Shown here in pieces: positions 30,117 through 40,250 of a stretch of 64,000 nucleotides of DNA. The translations under genes and the position numbers were made by a program. The stretch covers positions 1,792,001 to 1,856,000 of the forward strand of contig OZ245056.1 of assembly GCA_965224705.1 (NCBI GenBank). The letters are read 5' to 3'. The notes beneath the pieces were generated by a model. It was not told the DNA's origin, ran no database searches, and saw only the letters and a list, made by a program, of their open reading frames with translations. Each line of letters starts with the position of its first letter. The first letter of the stretch is position 1. Source of the DNA: Spirochaetaceae bacterium (GTDB lineage Bacteria > Spirochaetota > Spirochaetia > DSM-2461).

Positions 30117-30851
30117 ATGATAATTGGTGTGTATGGATTAGGCCGATTTGGGGCCTGGTGGGCTTCGCAGCTTGCTGAAAGATTTGATGTCGTTGCCTGG
30201 TCCCGTAATCCGGATCGGCCCTGTCCTCCGCGCGTAAAAAGGGTAAGTGAAGACGATGTCCTTTCTGTGGATGCCCTTGTTCTCTGCGTCGCTATTTCTG
30301 CCCTGGAAGATGTTCTTGTCCGTATTGCTCCCAGACTCAAAGAATCTACCCTTGTCATGGACACTTGCTCTGTCAAAGTTTACCCGGCACAGGTAATGCT
30401 TAAATGTCTGCCCCAAGGCATTCCCCTCCTCGCCACTCATCCCATGTTTGGACCGGACTCAGGTAAAAATGGCCTGGACGGTTTACCCATTGCCTTCTGC
30501 CCTCTGCGTATGGAGGACGGTGCGGGAGATTTCTGGTACAGTACTTTCCAGTCAATGGGCTTGAGAGTTATCAGAATCAGTCCGGAGGAACATGACAGGG
30601 AAGCGGCTTACACTCAGGGTATTGCCCATTTTGTTGGGCGGGTACTTGGAGAGTTAAACCTCACCTCCAGCAGAATTGCAACAGCAGGCTATCAGAGCCT
30701 GCTGGACATTGTAACACAAACCTGTAACGATCCCTGGAAATTGTTCCTGGATCTCCAGAAATATAATCCCTACACATCCAGAATGAGAAAAGATCTCCAG
30801 TCGGCGATTGATGGAATGATGAAACAGTTTAATTCAATAGAGGCAATATAA
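30117..30851 (+). CDS. tyrA: Prephenate/arogenate dehydrogenase
   Basis: GLGRFG, DTCSVK, THPMFGP, EEHD. Confidence 0.88.
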   Translation: MIIGVYGLGRFGAWWASQLAERFDVVAWSRNPDRPCPPRVKRVSEDDVLSVDALVLCVAISALEDVLVRIAPRLKESTLVMDTCSVKVYPAQVMLKCLPQGIPLLATHPMFGPDSGKNGLDGLPIAFCPLRMEDGAGDFWYSTFQSMGLRVIRISPEEHDREAAYTQGIAHFVGRVLGELNLTSSRIATAGYQSLLDIVTQTCNDPWKLFLDLQKYNPYTSRMRKDLQSAIDGMMKQFNSIEAI

Positions 30852-31213
30852 TGGCAGAGATCCATGAACGTCAGGCCAATGAAAGCAAGCTTGACACCGT
30901 TTTAGCAGGTGATATTGATTTTACCGGAGAGCTATCCTTCAAAAAAGAGCTCATGATTAAAGGGCACTATAAAGGCAGCATCAATGCAGAAGGAGATCTC
31001 TACATCGGCGAAGAAGCTGAAGTGGAAGCTGATATAGTCGCCAACGCAGTGTATGTCTGGGGATATGTCAAAGGAAATATCAAAGCCAGCACCAGAGTTG
31101 AACTTCAAGGCAAAGCCGTTGTTATCGGAGACATTGTCACACCAAAAATCGTTGTAGGGATGGGTTGTCGATTCGATGGGAAGAGTCGGATGAAAAACTC
31201 AGGAGGCAAATAA
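30851..31213 (+). CDS. Bactofilin (polymer-forming cytoskeletal protein)
   Basis: FTGELSF..IKGHYKGSI..VEADIVA..VKGNIKA..GDI beta-helix pattern. Confidence 0.9.
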   Translation: MAEIHERQANESKLDTVLAGDIDFTGELSFKKELMIKGHYKGSINAEGDLYIGEEAEVEADIVANAVYVWGYVKGNIKASTRVELQGKAVVIGDIVTPKIVVGMGCRFDGKSRMKNSGGK

Positions 31214-31214
31214 T

Positions 31215-31850
31215 ATGCTGCGGTTATTGCACAGACGAACAATGTTCGTGCTGCTTTGCATTCCTGTCCTGGGAACAGGAGCACAGCAGAGAGATGCCCT
31301 GCTTCTCTATCGGGAGGGTCAATACCAGAGGGCTGTTGATCTGTGTTTGGAAGAACTCAATGAAAGAGGGCGCGATCAGGCAAAACGGCGAATGGATTCA
31401 TACACTGTCCTTGGCTGGTCTTACTTGAAGCTGGGAGAATATGAAAAGGCTCTTAATTCAGCTCTGGCAGCAAGGAAGGAAATCCGTTACGACATAAGAA
31501 TCATTGAAATTGAAGGTGAAGCAAATTATTACCTGGGCAGAAACTCCAGTGCCATGGCTTTGTTTGAGGAGTATGTCTCCCTGAACAATCAAGTTCAGGG
31601 AAGCCGGATTGATACAGTTTACTATTTGATGGGGGAAATTTTTCTTCGGTTTGCAGAATATCAGCATGCCGATATTGCCTTCACCACAGCCCTGCATTAC
31701 AGCCCTCGAATTGCCCAGTGGTGGGCCAGACTTGGGTATGCGTGCGAGCAGATACCCGATCTTGAAAAGGCAAAATCTGCTTATGGCAGGGCTCTGGAAC
31801 TTCAACCCTCTCTGGAAGATGCCCGGGCAGGGTTGGAACGATTACTGTGA
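31215..31850 (+). CDS. Exported TPR-repeat protein
   Basis: Signal peptide followed by TPR motifs (LGWSYLKLGEYEKA, WARLGYA). Confidence 0.88.
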   Translation: MLRLLHRRTMFVLLCIPVLGTGAQQRDALLLYREGQYQRAVDLCLEELNERGRDQAKRRMDSYTVLGWSYLKLGEYEKALNSALAARKEIRYDIRIIEIEGEANYYLGRNSSAMALFEEYVSLNNQVQGSRIDTVYYLMGEIFLRFAEYQHADIAFTTALHYSPRIAQWWARLGYACEQIPDLEKAKSAYGRALELQPSLEDARAGLERLL

Positions 31851-32009
31851 TTCCAGTGCTCAGGAGTCTCTCAGGGAACTGTCAGTATGAAGTATTTCTT
31901 ACTGAGAAGAAAGCATGAGAATTACCTCAACGGCATCGGGCCGCACTTGCTGCAAAAAACATCTCAGGATTAATATATCTTGTGTCGATGGGATGATAAG
32001 GTGTTCACC

Positions 32010-32714
32010 ATGAAAAAGCTTATAATTCTGTTTGTATTGACTCTAACCTCAGTCATTCTCACTGCCGGTGATCTCGCTGTACTTGAAAATCTGGGTTTCA
32101 GTCCTGATGGACGGTATTTTATGTTCGGACAGCATGTATTGATACCAAAAGACGGCAAAGCTTATGCGGAAACAGCTATTGTCAATGTTTCTCAAAACAC
32201 ATTTGTGTCCAATGGCTGGAAAAAGAAATCGTGGAAGATTCAAATGCTGCCCAATCAGGATTCCCGCGGTGCTCTGTATGAAATACTCAGAGATATGATT
32301 GACTTGAAAGACCGATATGGTATTAATCATCTGAATCAGGGCCGGTTACTGTATACGAAAAGCTACGATGACGAAAAACCTGCGGATAACGAGTTCAGCA
32401 GCGAAATCCCTGTTCTTACCTTCAGAGATTTTTCCAGAGGTACTGAGTACATTCTTCAGCTTGAGCAGAGTAATCAAACAACAGGTGACAGCGCATCAGC
32501 GGCATTTCACATACTTGTTACTATTGAAAACGCTGATGGTCATGTTGCTCAATACACAGTTGGGCGCCCCTCCTACATGAGACCTGATGTGGTGTCATAC
32601 TCAATTGCCCGGGTCTGGATTGCACCCAATGCCCGCTCCCTTGTGATTGGCGTTCTCAAAGAGTATTCTGATTTATCCGCTCGCTACATGGTAGAAACCC
32701 TGACACTGAATTAA
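32010..32714 (+). CDS. DUF2259 family secreted protein
   Basis: Signal peptide followed by AGDLAVLENLGFSPDGRYFMFGQ; ends RYMVET. Confidence 0.8.
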   Translation: MKKLIILFVLTLTSVILTAGDLAVLENLGFSPDGRYFMFGQHVLIPKDGKAYAETAIVNVSQNTFVSNGWKKKSWKIQMLPNQDSRGALYEILRDMIDLKDRYGINHLNQGRLLYTKSYDDEKPADNEFSSEIPVLTFRDFSRGTEYILQLEQSNQTTGDSASAAFHILVTIENADGHVAQYTVGRPSYMRPDVVSYSIARVWIAPNARSLVIGVLKEYSDLSARYMVETLTLN

Positions 32715-32729
32715 TCCCGGGAGTCTTTG

Positions 32730-34451
32730 ATGCGTCTAAGTCAGTCCTTCTACCGTACTCTCAAGGAAATCCCGAAAGATGCCGCTGTACCCAGCCATCA
32801 ATTGATGTTTCGGACAGGGATGATTCAGCAGCTTGCCAGTGGAATCTACAGTTATCTGCCCCTTGCTCTTCGCAGTATCCACAAAATAGAACGCATTATC
32901 CGTGAAGAATTAAACCGCCGATCCTGTGAAGAAATTCTCATGCCGGCAGTTCAGCCTGCAGAACTGTGGAAGGAATCCGGCCGGTGGGATCTGTATGGAG
33001 AGCTTCTTCTGCGATTCAAGGATAGGAAGGGCAATGACTACTGCATGGGGCCAACACATGAAGAAGTTATCACTGATATAGTAAGAAATAACTTGAAATC
33101 ATGGAGGCAATTGCCCTGGAACCTTTACCAGATACAGGATAAGTTTCGGGATGAATTCAGGCCGCGGTTCGGATTGATGAGAGGCCGGGAATTCATTATG
33201 AAGGATGCTTATAGTTTCGATATTGACAAAAAAAGTGCGCAGAAATCATTCAATCTGATGTTTGAAGCCTATAACGATATTTTCAAGCGATGCGGACTGG
33301 AGTTTCGGGCAGTGGATGCTTCAACAGGCGAAATCGGCGGGGAGATGAGCCGCGAGTTTCAGGTACTGGCCTCTACCGGAGAGGATATTATTCTAAGTTG
33401 TGATACTTGCAGCTACGCCGTTAATAGAGAAAAAGCTGTATCAAAGCGTGAGATCACTACCGGGAACAGGGCATTGTTCAAACCGATGGAAATTGTGGAA
33501 ACACCCGGAGCAAAGACGATACAGGACGTCTCCAATTTTCTGAACATTCCTCCAGACCGTTTCCTGAAATGCCTGGTTTATGAGGCTGATTCAGACCTGG
33601 TACTTGCACTCATTGCCGGCAACAAAGATGTGAATGAATCAAAGCTTCAGTCCGTTTTAAATGCTGCTTCTCTGAAACTGGCATCAGAGGAAACAGCTCA
33701 GGAAAGAATTTCAGCTGAATTTGGATCTATTGGACCGGTGGGACTGCCATCTGAGATAAAAATAATTACCGATATATCGGTATCATCCCGGATGAACTGG
33801 ATGGCAGGAGCCAATGCGGCAGGGAGACATTACAGGAATGTCAATCCTGGCAGGGATTTTGAAGTAACGAACTATCATGATATTGTATTTGCAAGTGCTG
33901 GAGAGAGGTGTTCTGAGTGCGGCCAGGGTTCTCTGGAAGAGAATAGAGGTATAGAAGTTGGTCATATTTTTTATCTGGGAACAAAGTATTCCAGGGCCAT
34001 GGACTGTTGTTTTCTGGACAAAGAAGGAAACTCCCAGCCAGTTGAAATGGGCTGCTATGGTATCGGTGTGGGTCGAACGATGGCTGCTGCCATTGAACAG
34101 AATCACGATGAAAATGGTATTATCTGGCCTGTACCTATTGCACCGTGGGAAGTGATTATCATACCCCTCCAGATCAATAATCATAGTGTTGTTTCCAATG
34201 CCGAAAAAATCTATTCTGAATTATCAGAAGCTGGTCTGGATGTTATTCTTGATGACAGGGATGAACGTCCAGGGTTTAAATTCAAGGATGCAGACCTCAT
34301 CGGCTATCCTGTACAAATCATCCTTGGAACTCGATCCGTTGCAGATGGAAACGCCGAGGTAAAATTTAGAGCTTCAGGGAAGAAGGTTCAAATCTCCCTG
34401 AGAGAAGTTTCAAGCCATACTGCCAGCTGGATAAAATCACAACTGCACTAA
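32730..34451 (+). CDS. proS: Proline--tRNA ligase (bacterial type with editing domain)
   Basis: WKESGRW, GPTHEE, FRDEFRPRFGLMRGREFIMKDAYSF, MGCYGIG. Confidence 0.98.
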   Translation: MRLSQSFYRTLKEIPKDAAVPSHQLMFRTGMIQQLASGIYSYLPLALRSIHKIERIIREELNRRSCEEILMPAVQPAELWKESGRWDLYGELLLRFKDRKGNDYCMGPTHEEVITDIVRNNLKSWRQLPWNLYQIQDKFRDEFRPRFGLMRGREFIMKDAYSFDIDKKSAQKSFNLMFEAYNDIFKRCGLEFRAVDASTGEIGGEMSREFQVLASTGEDIILSCDTCSYAVNREKAVSKREITTGNRALFKPMEIVETPGAKTIQDVSNFLNIPPDRFLKCLVYEADSDLVLALIAGNKDVNESKLQSVLNAASLKLASEETAQERISAEFGSIGPVGLPSEIKIITDISVSSRMNWMAGANAAGRHYRNVNPGRDFEVTNYHDIVFASAGERCSECGQGSLEENRGIEVGHIFYLGTKYSRAMDCCFLDKEGNSQPVEMGCYGIGVGRTMAAAIEQNHDENGIIWPVPIAPWEVIIIPLQINNHSVVSNAEKIYSELSEAGLDVILDDRDERPGFKFKDADLIGYPVQIILGTRSVADGNAEVKFRASGKKVQISLREVSSHTASWIKSQLH

Positions 34452-35665
34452 TAATCTTCAATTACCTCCAGACCAGCTCTTTTATTTGCAATAATCAGGA
34501 TCAGAATCCCGGTTGCCGTATCCAGCATTGTACAGATCATAACCAGTAGGGGAATGATCGGCATCAGGATGTACCAGCCATTCTCCACGCCCCGGGCGTA
34601 AAGTTTACCAATGATAACAAGCATGGCAGTCAATCCATGGACAGGAACTGTCGGCAGTACAAATGAAACAAGAAAAGAGAATAATGCGGTCCATGCGGCC
34701 TGAAAAAGGGTAATCTCCAGGCTTGAATAGGAGCGAATAATGGTCATCATGCAAACCGCCCCGAATAAGGCTGTTCCGCCGCGGGCAAACATAAGACAGC
34801 CGGGCAGTATCAGGGCCGATGACTGTCTGGGTATTCTTATCTTTTCCTTCAGGTGGTAGGCAGTATTTCCATAGTTGAATAATGGTGAAGCGGAAAACAG
34901 AGCTCCGATAATGGGGCCGGACAGTTGGGCAAGTGTTTTCCACGGGGAATTATATTTTACAATTATCCTTAAAAGCAGGGGATATACGATGATGATAAGA
35001 AATGCACTGGTACCCAGAAGAACTGTCACAAGGGGAACAAATTTCTGAAAGCCAGCAATTCTCCGGGCAGAATATATGGACTGAAATGCGAGAACAGCCA
35101 GAAAAAATGGCATGAATTTCAAGAGATAGCGATTTGCCCGGTAGAAGATACGGGAAAGTGAATCAAAAACATTGTACGATGGTTCAGCAATTTCTTTGTT
35201 GTGGAAAAAATGCCAGCCAAGGAGGCAGGCTGGAAGGAGTATCGTCAGCAGGGGTAGGCCTTCATTCACGGGTTTCCATAGTCCTTCAAAACTGAGGATG
35301 CTTCTGATTGTATTCCCTAATTGTGGAAGAACAACCTGAGATGGCTGTACCGACACAACCGGTATTCGCCCAATATCAATGGCTAGAGCAATGATGGTGC
35401 CCGAAAGAGCAAGGATTGCAGATGAAACAACTATATATAAGGAAGAGTGAGCCAAAAGCGGCCGGAGTTTTCCAAGCCGCCGCAGCCTGGTAATCGCCAC
35501 GGGAAGAGAAAAGAATATGAGAGGTAGAAAGAAATAGCTCCCTGCTCCAAGGATGTAGCTGCTGATATCTCCGATCACCCGGGAGAGAATGCTTGAGAGG
35601 GGTAAGAACAGAGCCGCAATAATACCAATCAGAGAACCGGCTGTGTATGCTATCAATGTTTTCAT
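34448..35665 (-). CDS. Dicarboxylate/amino acid:cation symporter-like membrane protein (divergent)
   Basis: Multi-TM; LPLIFFSL and GTALFGAV..TII resemble the DAACS core. Confidence 0.65.
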   Translation of the reverse strand: MKTLIAYTAGSLIGIIAALFLPLSSILSRVIGDISSYILGAGSYFFLPLIFFSLPVAITRLRRLGKLRPLLAHSSLYIVVSSAILALSGTIIALAIDIGRIPVVSVQPSQVVLPQLGNTIRSILSFEGLWKPVNEGLPLLTILLPACLLGWHFFHNKEIAEPSYNVFDSLSRIFYRANRYLLKFMPFFLAVLAFQSIYSARRIAGFQKFVPLVTVLLGTSAFLIIIVYPLLLRIIVKYNSPWKTLAQLSGPIIGALFSASPLFNYGNTAYHLKEKIRIPRQSSALILPGCLMFARGGTALFGAVCMMTIIRSYSSLEITLFQAAWTALFSFLVSFVLPTVPVHGLTAMLVIIGKLYARGVENGWYILMPIIPLLVMICTMLDTATGILILIIANKRAGLEVIEDY

Positions 35666-35675
35666 GGCATAATCC

Positions 35676-36335
35676 TCAGCACTGAATTGTATTTGAGAAT
35701 GCTGAATTTTTTAAAAGATATGGTTTGCTGCGGTGCCGATACCAGCGGCCGCGAAGCCTGGGAGGTCTCTCCTCCCATAGACATACCATTGCTGTGGAGA
35801 ATTCAAGGGCATCCGGGGAATTGCTGTGCATACCGCAGGACCATGTTTTTAAGTCTCCCTCCTTCATAAGGGCAGTGGCAAAACCTGTAAATGCTCCCTG
35901 AGAAAGACCGTTCATTATACCGCTACGGGCACCTGTTTCATGAGGTACCACCATGCCAAGGAAACTGTCTGTTGATTCCAGTGCTGCAAGAAGCTCCCGG
36001 GAGAGAGCTATTGAGCCTTTAATCTTCTGTTCAAGAGTTTTTTCAATATCACTGCTGTCAATTTCAGCGAAGGGTTTTGTGATTTTATCCGAGCTGTGAA
36101 TGATCCATACAGCATCAATATGATTGAACAGACGCAGAGATTCCCTGACAATTGCCTTGGTTGAGAACCATGAGGCCGGGTTCCAGGATAAGGTGATAAG
36201 GCGCTCTGTCTCATCGGCAGGAGTTTCGTCTCCTGTCGCCACAGCAATAACCTGACAGCCTTTTTTCAGCAGTATATTGATCAGACTTCGGCCAACAAAA
36301 GACTCACTTTCTGACACCAGTACAACTTTTTCCAT
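35676..36335 (-). CDS. Degenerate SDR/Rossmann-fold protein
   Basis: KVVLVS..SFVGRSL..G N-terminal fold; no YxxxK motif seen. Confidence 0.55.
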   Translation of the reverse strand: MEKVVLVSESESFVGRSLINILLKKGCQVIAVATGDETPADETERLITLSWNPASWFSTKAIVRESLRLFNHIDAVWIIHSSDKITKPFAEIDSSDIEKTLEQKIKGSIALSRELLAALESTDSFLGMVVPHETGARSGIMNGLSQGAFTGFATALMKEGDLKTWSCGMHSNSPDALEFSTAMVCLWEERPPRLRGRWYRHRSKPYLLKNSAFSNTIQC

Positions 36336-36341
36336 TAATGC

Positions 36342-36370
36342 AGTCTACCTGGCGTGGGAACAACCGTCAA
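36342..36370 (-). promoter_or_regulatory. Sigma70 promoter, probable leaderless mRNA
   Basis: TTGACG-17-TAGACT-6 nt-ATG on the minus strand. Confidence 0.65.
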
Positions 36371-39300
36371 CGCAAAAATTTAAGTAAACGATTTAATCGG
36401 AATTCAGAAGCATCGGCGGCTTTGCTCCATTTTTTAAGCAATTTCTTCAACGTTCTGTGAGGTACAGCCTGACCTGAAGCCGTAAGGATCACTGTTCTCA
36501 CAAAAGAATTCCAGCTTTCCAGATTGTACCATAACTCTCCCTCCCAGAAATTCACACCACAAGCCTGCCGCCCTTCATTATCGGCCATCAAAACTCCCAG
36601 AGCCCGGGATGGACTTTTGACAAACTCTATCCAGGAAGGTAGATTCATCGCAACAGATAGATTACGGCATTCAAAGCGACGTCCTACCCAATTATCCAGA
36701 TCCCACTCATACCAGCAGTCGGCCCCTGGAACTGAAAGAATGCTCCAGAGGACAAGGAGCAGAGAGTCATCTTCACTGGAATCTCCAAATTTCCTGGTTA
36801 TAGACCGCCTGAGACTGCGATACGGGAATCTCCACATTTTGGCCGATTCTTCCAGCCGATACTGAATCCTCTCAGCAGCCCGGGCTGAATTTCCAAAGTC
36901 AGTTCTGCAGAATTCTCTTATTTGATCCAGGAGATTCCCAATTTTGTTCTTCTCCAGCCATGGAGTCTGTCGGACTTTAAGGCTTCGAGGCGATTTTTGA
37001 TGATTTTTTCTTGATGCAAGGCGACAAAAACGGAGCGTAGCTGGGCTACGTGAGTATTTTGGCAACACAGCAGCAGGTAAAAAGGGCAAAAATCGAGGCA
37101 TGAGGCGTAAGTCCGACAGGCTCCACGAAAAAGGTCTCTTCCCCATGCGAATTCTGTCGGCCAGTTCATGAATCACATCAGGAGGAAGGAGTTGATCAAG
37201 AGCATTATGCAGGGGGCGAAGTCTTATTTCTTTCAACACTTGTTTAAAATCATGCACCCCGGAACCATTCAAGTCAGCAGCAAGAGTTTCCCACACATCA
37301 TTACTGCTGTCGGGAATGTGAATGTCTAGAAAGGTCTGCCGTCCAAAACCATCGATACTGATATGCAGACCGTTTTTTCTCAGTTCACCAACAGAACGGA
37401 TGTACCAGAGGTCGGCTGTCTGATCTCTGAGAAGAATCCAGTTATCATCTCCTGCATCATCAGGAACAAGGGCTGCAGCCAGAAAGTCGCATTTCATCCC
37501 ATACTCATTTGTATTGACAGGTGAAGCCTCATTAATGGTTCCAATTGCTCTTTCGTAAGAGTTATTCACAATAATCAGGGATCTATCCCTACCAGACACA
37601 TTTGTAAAAGCATAGACAGACTCAATAACGCCATGAGTCCCATGGAGATCGTATAGACGAAACTCGGAAGCTCCAGCAAAAAGCCTCCGTCTGCGCAGCA
37701 GGGGAAATATTTCTCTTTCATGCCGGGCGATGAGTTCATCATCCTGGGATTCATCCCTGAAAGCTTTTACATACTCCATTCCGTATTTTTCAGACAGTCC
37801 TTCAATCTGTCCATGACCAACCATGGGAAGACCGGGAAGAGTGGCAAGAAGTGTACAGACAGTAAAATACCTGTCGTTCTTGCCGAATTGATTCACGGCG
37901 GTTTCTTCATCAGGGTTATTCATGAAATTGACAAATCGCTGAAGAATTCCAGGGTCGAAAGCAAGTGTGTCTTTGATTATGTTACGATATTCTGCATTTT
38001 GCTGATCTCTAAGCATGTTCATGAAGGCAGAATTGTAAACCCTGTGCATTCCGAGAGTTCGAACAAAAAAACCTTCCATCATCCAGAATGCTTCGGCAAG
38101 GAGGAGAGTACCCGGAGCTTCATGGGCGACACGGTCAACAACTTCCCTCCAGAATTCTTTCGGAAGCAGCTTATTGAATTCTTCATCTGTCAGAGGGTGT
38201 TCTGATCGGGAAGAGATGGCCCCCCCGCTTCCGGGCTCTGGAAACCACAAACGGCGAATATGCTTTCGGGCAAGGACCATGGCCGCATCAAAGCGAATGA
38301 CAGGAAAACTGCGGGCAACTTGAATAATATCCTGAATAACCATTTCACGGGCCTCGGGATTGAGGAAGTTGATCTGTGCTGTATCGTTCCAGGGCATGGA
38401 CGTACCATCATTTCCATGATACAGGTACCGCACTTCACCCGTTCTGTTGTTTCTATGCTGAAAAACGACAGCCGCATCACTCTGATTGTAGTAATGATCT
38501 TCCAGGCGGATATCCACCGCCTCATCGCCTGATAGATTGTCACTGAGAAATGAATAGCCCGGATAGGGACATTCTGGAACACTGAGCAGCCTTTCCGGGT
38601 GATGCCTTACCCAATCGGAATCAATTCCCACATGGTTGGGAACCATGTCGCTTGAGAGACGGATTCCCCGCTGCAGTGCCCTGTGTTTGAGGTTGTCCAG
38701 GGCCGCCCATCCCCCAAGTTCTCCAGCGATGTCATATCCAAACAAAGAATAAGCCGAAGCGGCCGCATGAGGATTGCCCATGCGCTGCTTAATCTCCCGA
38801 CTTGCCGGACTTCTTTCCCAGAGGCCAATGAGCCACAGGGCATTGAAACCACGGGAAGCGATGATATCAAGTTCCTCATCAGGAACCTGGTCCAGTCGGG
38901 AAATCTCATACCCACAGGATTCCGTAAGCTGGCTCAGCCAGACCAGTACATTTTTTGCAAGCAGAACAACATTGGGCATCCAGTCATCATCCGGACTGAA
39001 TCGGGCTGTTTCATCCAGGAGTTCAATTCCCGGTCCTTCTGTCGGCCCCGGGCCTGGAAAGCGGATGCGGTTTTCTTCTTCCATCATATCCAGGGCACCT
39101 GTAACTTCCCCGATCCAGTCTCCATGGAGAACTCCCCAATGTTTCAGGATGTACAGCAGTTGATCTCTTACGGAATATGGAGCAACGATGAAGGGCATTT
39201 TGAGAGTTTCAAGCGGAGTTTTATCCACCGGGGCACATCGATCCAGATTTTTGTCAGTTTCTTCAACCAGCATCCAGGATTGTTCATCGTCACCCTCTGG

Positions 39301-39693
39301 ATTCTGGAACAGGTCAACAAAGGATGAAAAGCCAGGATTGATTCGAGCCAGGTTTCTAAGTATCCACTTCTGGAAGTGATCTTCCGGCAGTACAAACGTA
39401 TCCGGCAGCAAATTGAACAGGGTTTTTTCATAGGGCTGGGGATTTTTTTCGAACTTATCCAGCAGTATCTGACAGGCAGTCACGATGTAACCGGCGGCAT
39501 AGACAGTACCGGCGGAAGGGGTTTGTCCTCCCAGTTTTTCAGCATATGCCATGACCAGTTCACGAGCTTCTTTCCTTGAATTAATGACAAGGAAGCCATT
39601 TTGATCAAACCTTTCACGAGGAATGTCAAGTTGATCCTTCGCCGATTGACTGAGAGGTATCAGCGGTCTGGGAGGTTTGGCAGACATATTCAT
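36367..39693 (-). CDS. Large GH13 alpha-amylase family protein carrying an in-frame MITE
   Basis: DMVPNH, IRFDAAM, LLAEAFW, NNPDE conserved regions. Confidence 0.9.
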   Translation of the reverse strand: MNMSAKPPRPLIPLSQSAKDQLDIPRERFDQNGFLVINSRKEARELVMAYAEKLGGQTPSAGTVYAAGYIVTACQILLDKFEKNPQPYEKTLFNLLPDTFVLPEDHFQKWILRNLARINPGFSSFVDLFQNPEGDDEQSWMLVEETDKNLDRCAPVDKTPLETLKMPFIVAPYSVRDQLLYILKHWGVLHGDWIGEVTGALDMMEEENRIRFPGPGPTEGPGIELLDETARFSPDDDWMPNVVLLAKNVLVWLSQLTESCGYEISRLDQVPDEELDIIASRGFNALWLIGLWERSPASREIKQRMGNPHAAASAYSLFGYDIAGELGGWAALDNLKHRALQRGIRLSSDMVPNHVGIDSDWVRHHPERLLSVPECPYPGYSFLSDNLSGDEAVDIRLEDHYYNQSDAAVVFQHRNNRTGEVRYLYHGNDGTSMPWNDTAQINFLNPEAREMVIQDIIQVARSFPVIRFDAAMVLARKHIRRLWFPEPGSGGAISSRSEHPLTDEEFNKLLPKEFWREVVDRVAHEAPGTLLLAEAFWMMEGFFVRTLGMHRVYNSAFMNMLRDQQNAEYRNIIKDTLAFDPGILQRFVNFMNNPDEETAVNQFGKNDRYFTVCTLLATLPGLPMVGHGQIEGLSEKYGMEYVKAFRDESQDDELIARHEREIFPLLRRRRLFAGASEFRLYDLHGTHGVIESVYAFTNVSGRDRSLIIVNNSYERAIGTINEASPVNTNEYGMKCDFLAAALVPDDAGDDNWILLRDQTADLWYIRSVGELRKNGLHISIDGFGRQTFLDIHIPDSSNDVWETLAADLNGSGVHDFKQVLKEIRLRPLHNALDQLLPPDVIHELADRIRMGKRPFSWSLSDLRLMPRFLPFLPAAVLPKYSRSPATLRFCRLASRKNHQKSPRSLKVRQTPWLEKNKIGNLLDQIREFCRTDFGNSARAAERIQYRLEESAKMWRFPYRSLRRSITRKFGDSSEDDSLLLVLWSILSVPGADCWYEWDLDNWVGRRFECRNLSVAMNLPSWIEFVKSPSRALGVLMADNEGRQACGVNFWEGELWYNLESWNSFVRTVILTASGQAVPHRTLKKLLKKWSKAADASEFRLNRLLKFLR
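36963..37123. mobile_element. MITE family A, full-length 161-bp copy, in frame inside the amylase
   Basis: TIR GAGTCTGTCGGACTT / AAGTCCGACAGGCTC; flanks CATG/CACG; 161+4=165 nt. Confidence 0.9.
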
Positions 39694-40244
39694 TCTCCCG
39701 ATTCTGGAATCATTGTTTCTTTGATTTGTGCAATTCTGTCTCTGAGTACTGCAGCCTGCTCATAATTCTCTTCCTGCAATGCTTCAGCCAGTTCTTTCTT
39801 AAGGTAATCAATCTGCATGACAATCGGTACTCTCGATTTGTCAACAATCATACCAGCACTGTCTTCTTCAAGAATGGAATCCTCAATCAGTATGGAGGCA
39901 TTTGTACTGGCTGCCAGAGCTAATGCCACGGCTGTCTGGGTTTCAAAAGAAAACTGAGTTTTCTCACCGGCAAAGTGAACTATCGCTCGATATTGGCCGT
40001 CAATGCCGCCTCTCAGAATTTCCACCGATTCCATTGTCATGGAAATCGCCGTTGTTATCGCAATGATTAAATCTGAATAGCTGTGTTCCTTTTTTCTGTT
40101 ATTTGCTGCAGCCGCCAGAATCTCCATAACGTCATGTGCTTCTACATACACAGGCAGACACTGAGTTGTGTTGGGGACACGCAGCAATATGGCATAACCT
40201 TTAGCGGTTTGCCCGGCTGTCCAGATATCAACTTTTGTAAACAT
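39690..40244 (-). CDS. DUF151 bifunctional-nuclease-like protein with C-terminal UvrB/C motif
   Basis: CLPVYV..I, VALALAASTNASILI, ALQEENYEQAAVLRDRI. Confidence 0.75.
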   Translation of the reverse strand: MFTKVDIWTAGQTAKGYAILLRVPNTTQCLPVYVEAHDVMEILAAAANNRKKEHSYSDLIIAITTAISMTMESVEILRGGIDGQYRAIVHFAGEKTQFSFETQTAVALALAASTNASILIEDSILEEDSAGMIVDKSRVPIVMQIDYLKKELAEALQEENYEQAAVLRDRIAQIKETMIPESGE

Positions 40245-40250
40245 ACTCGA

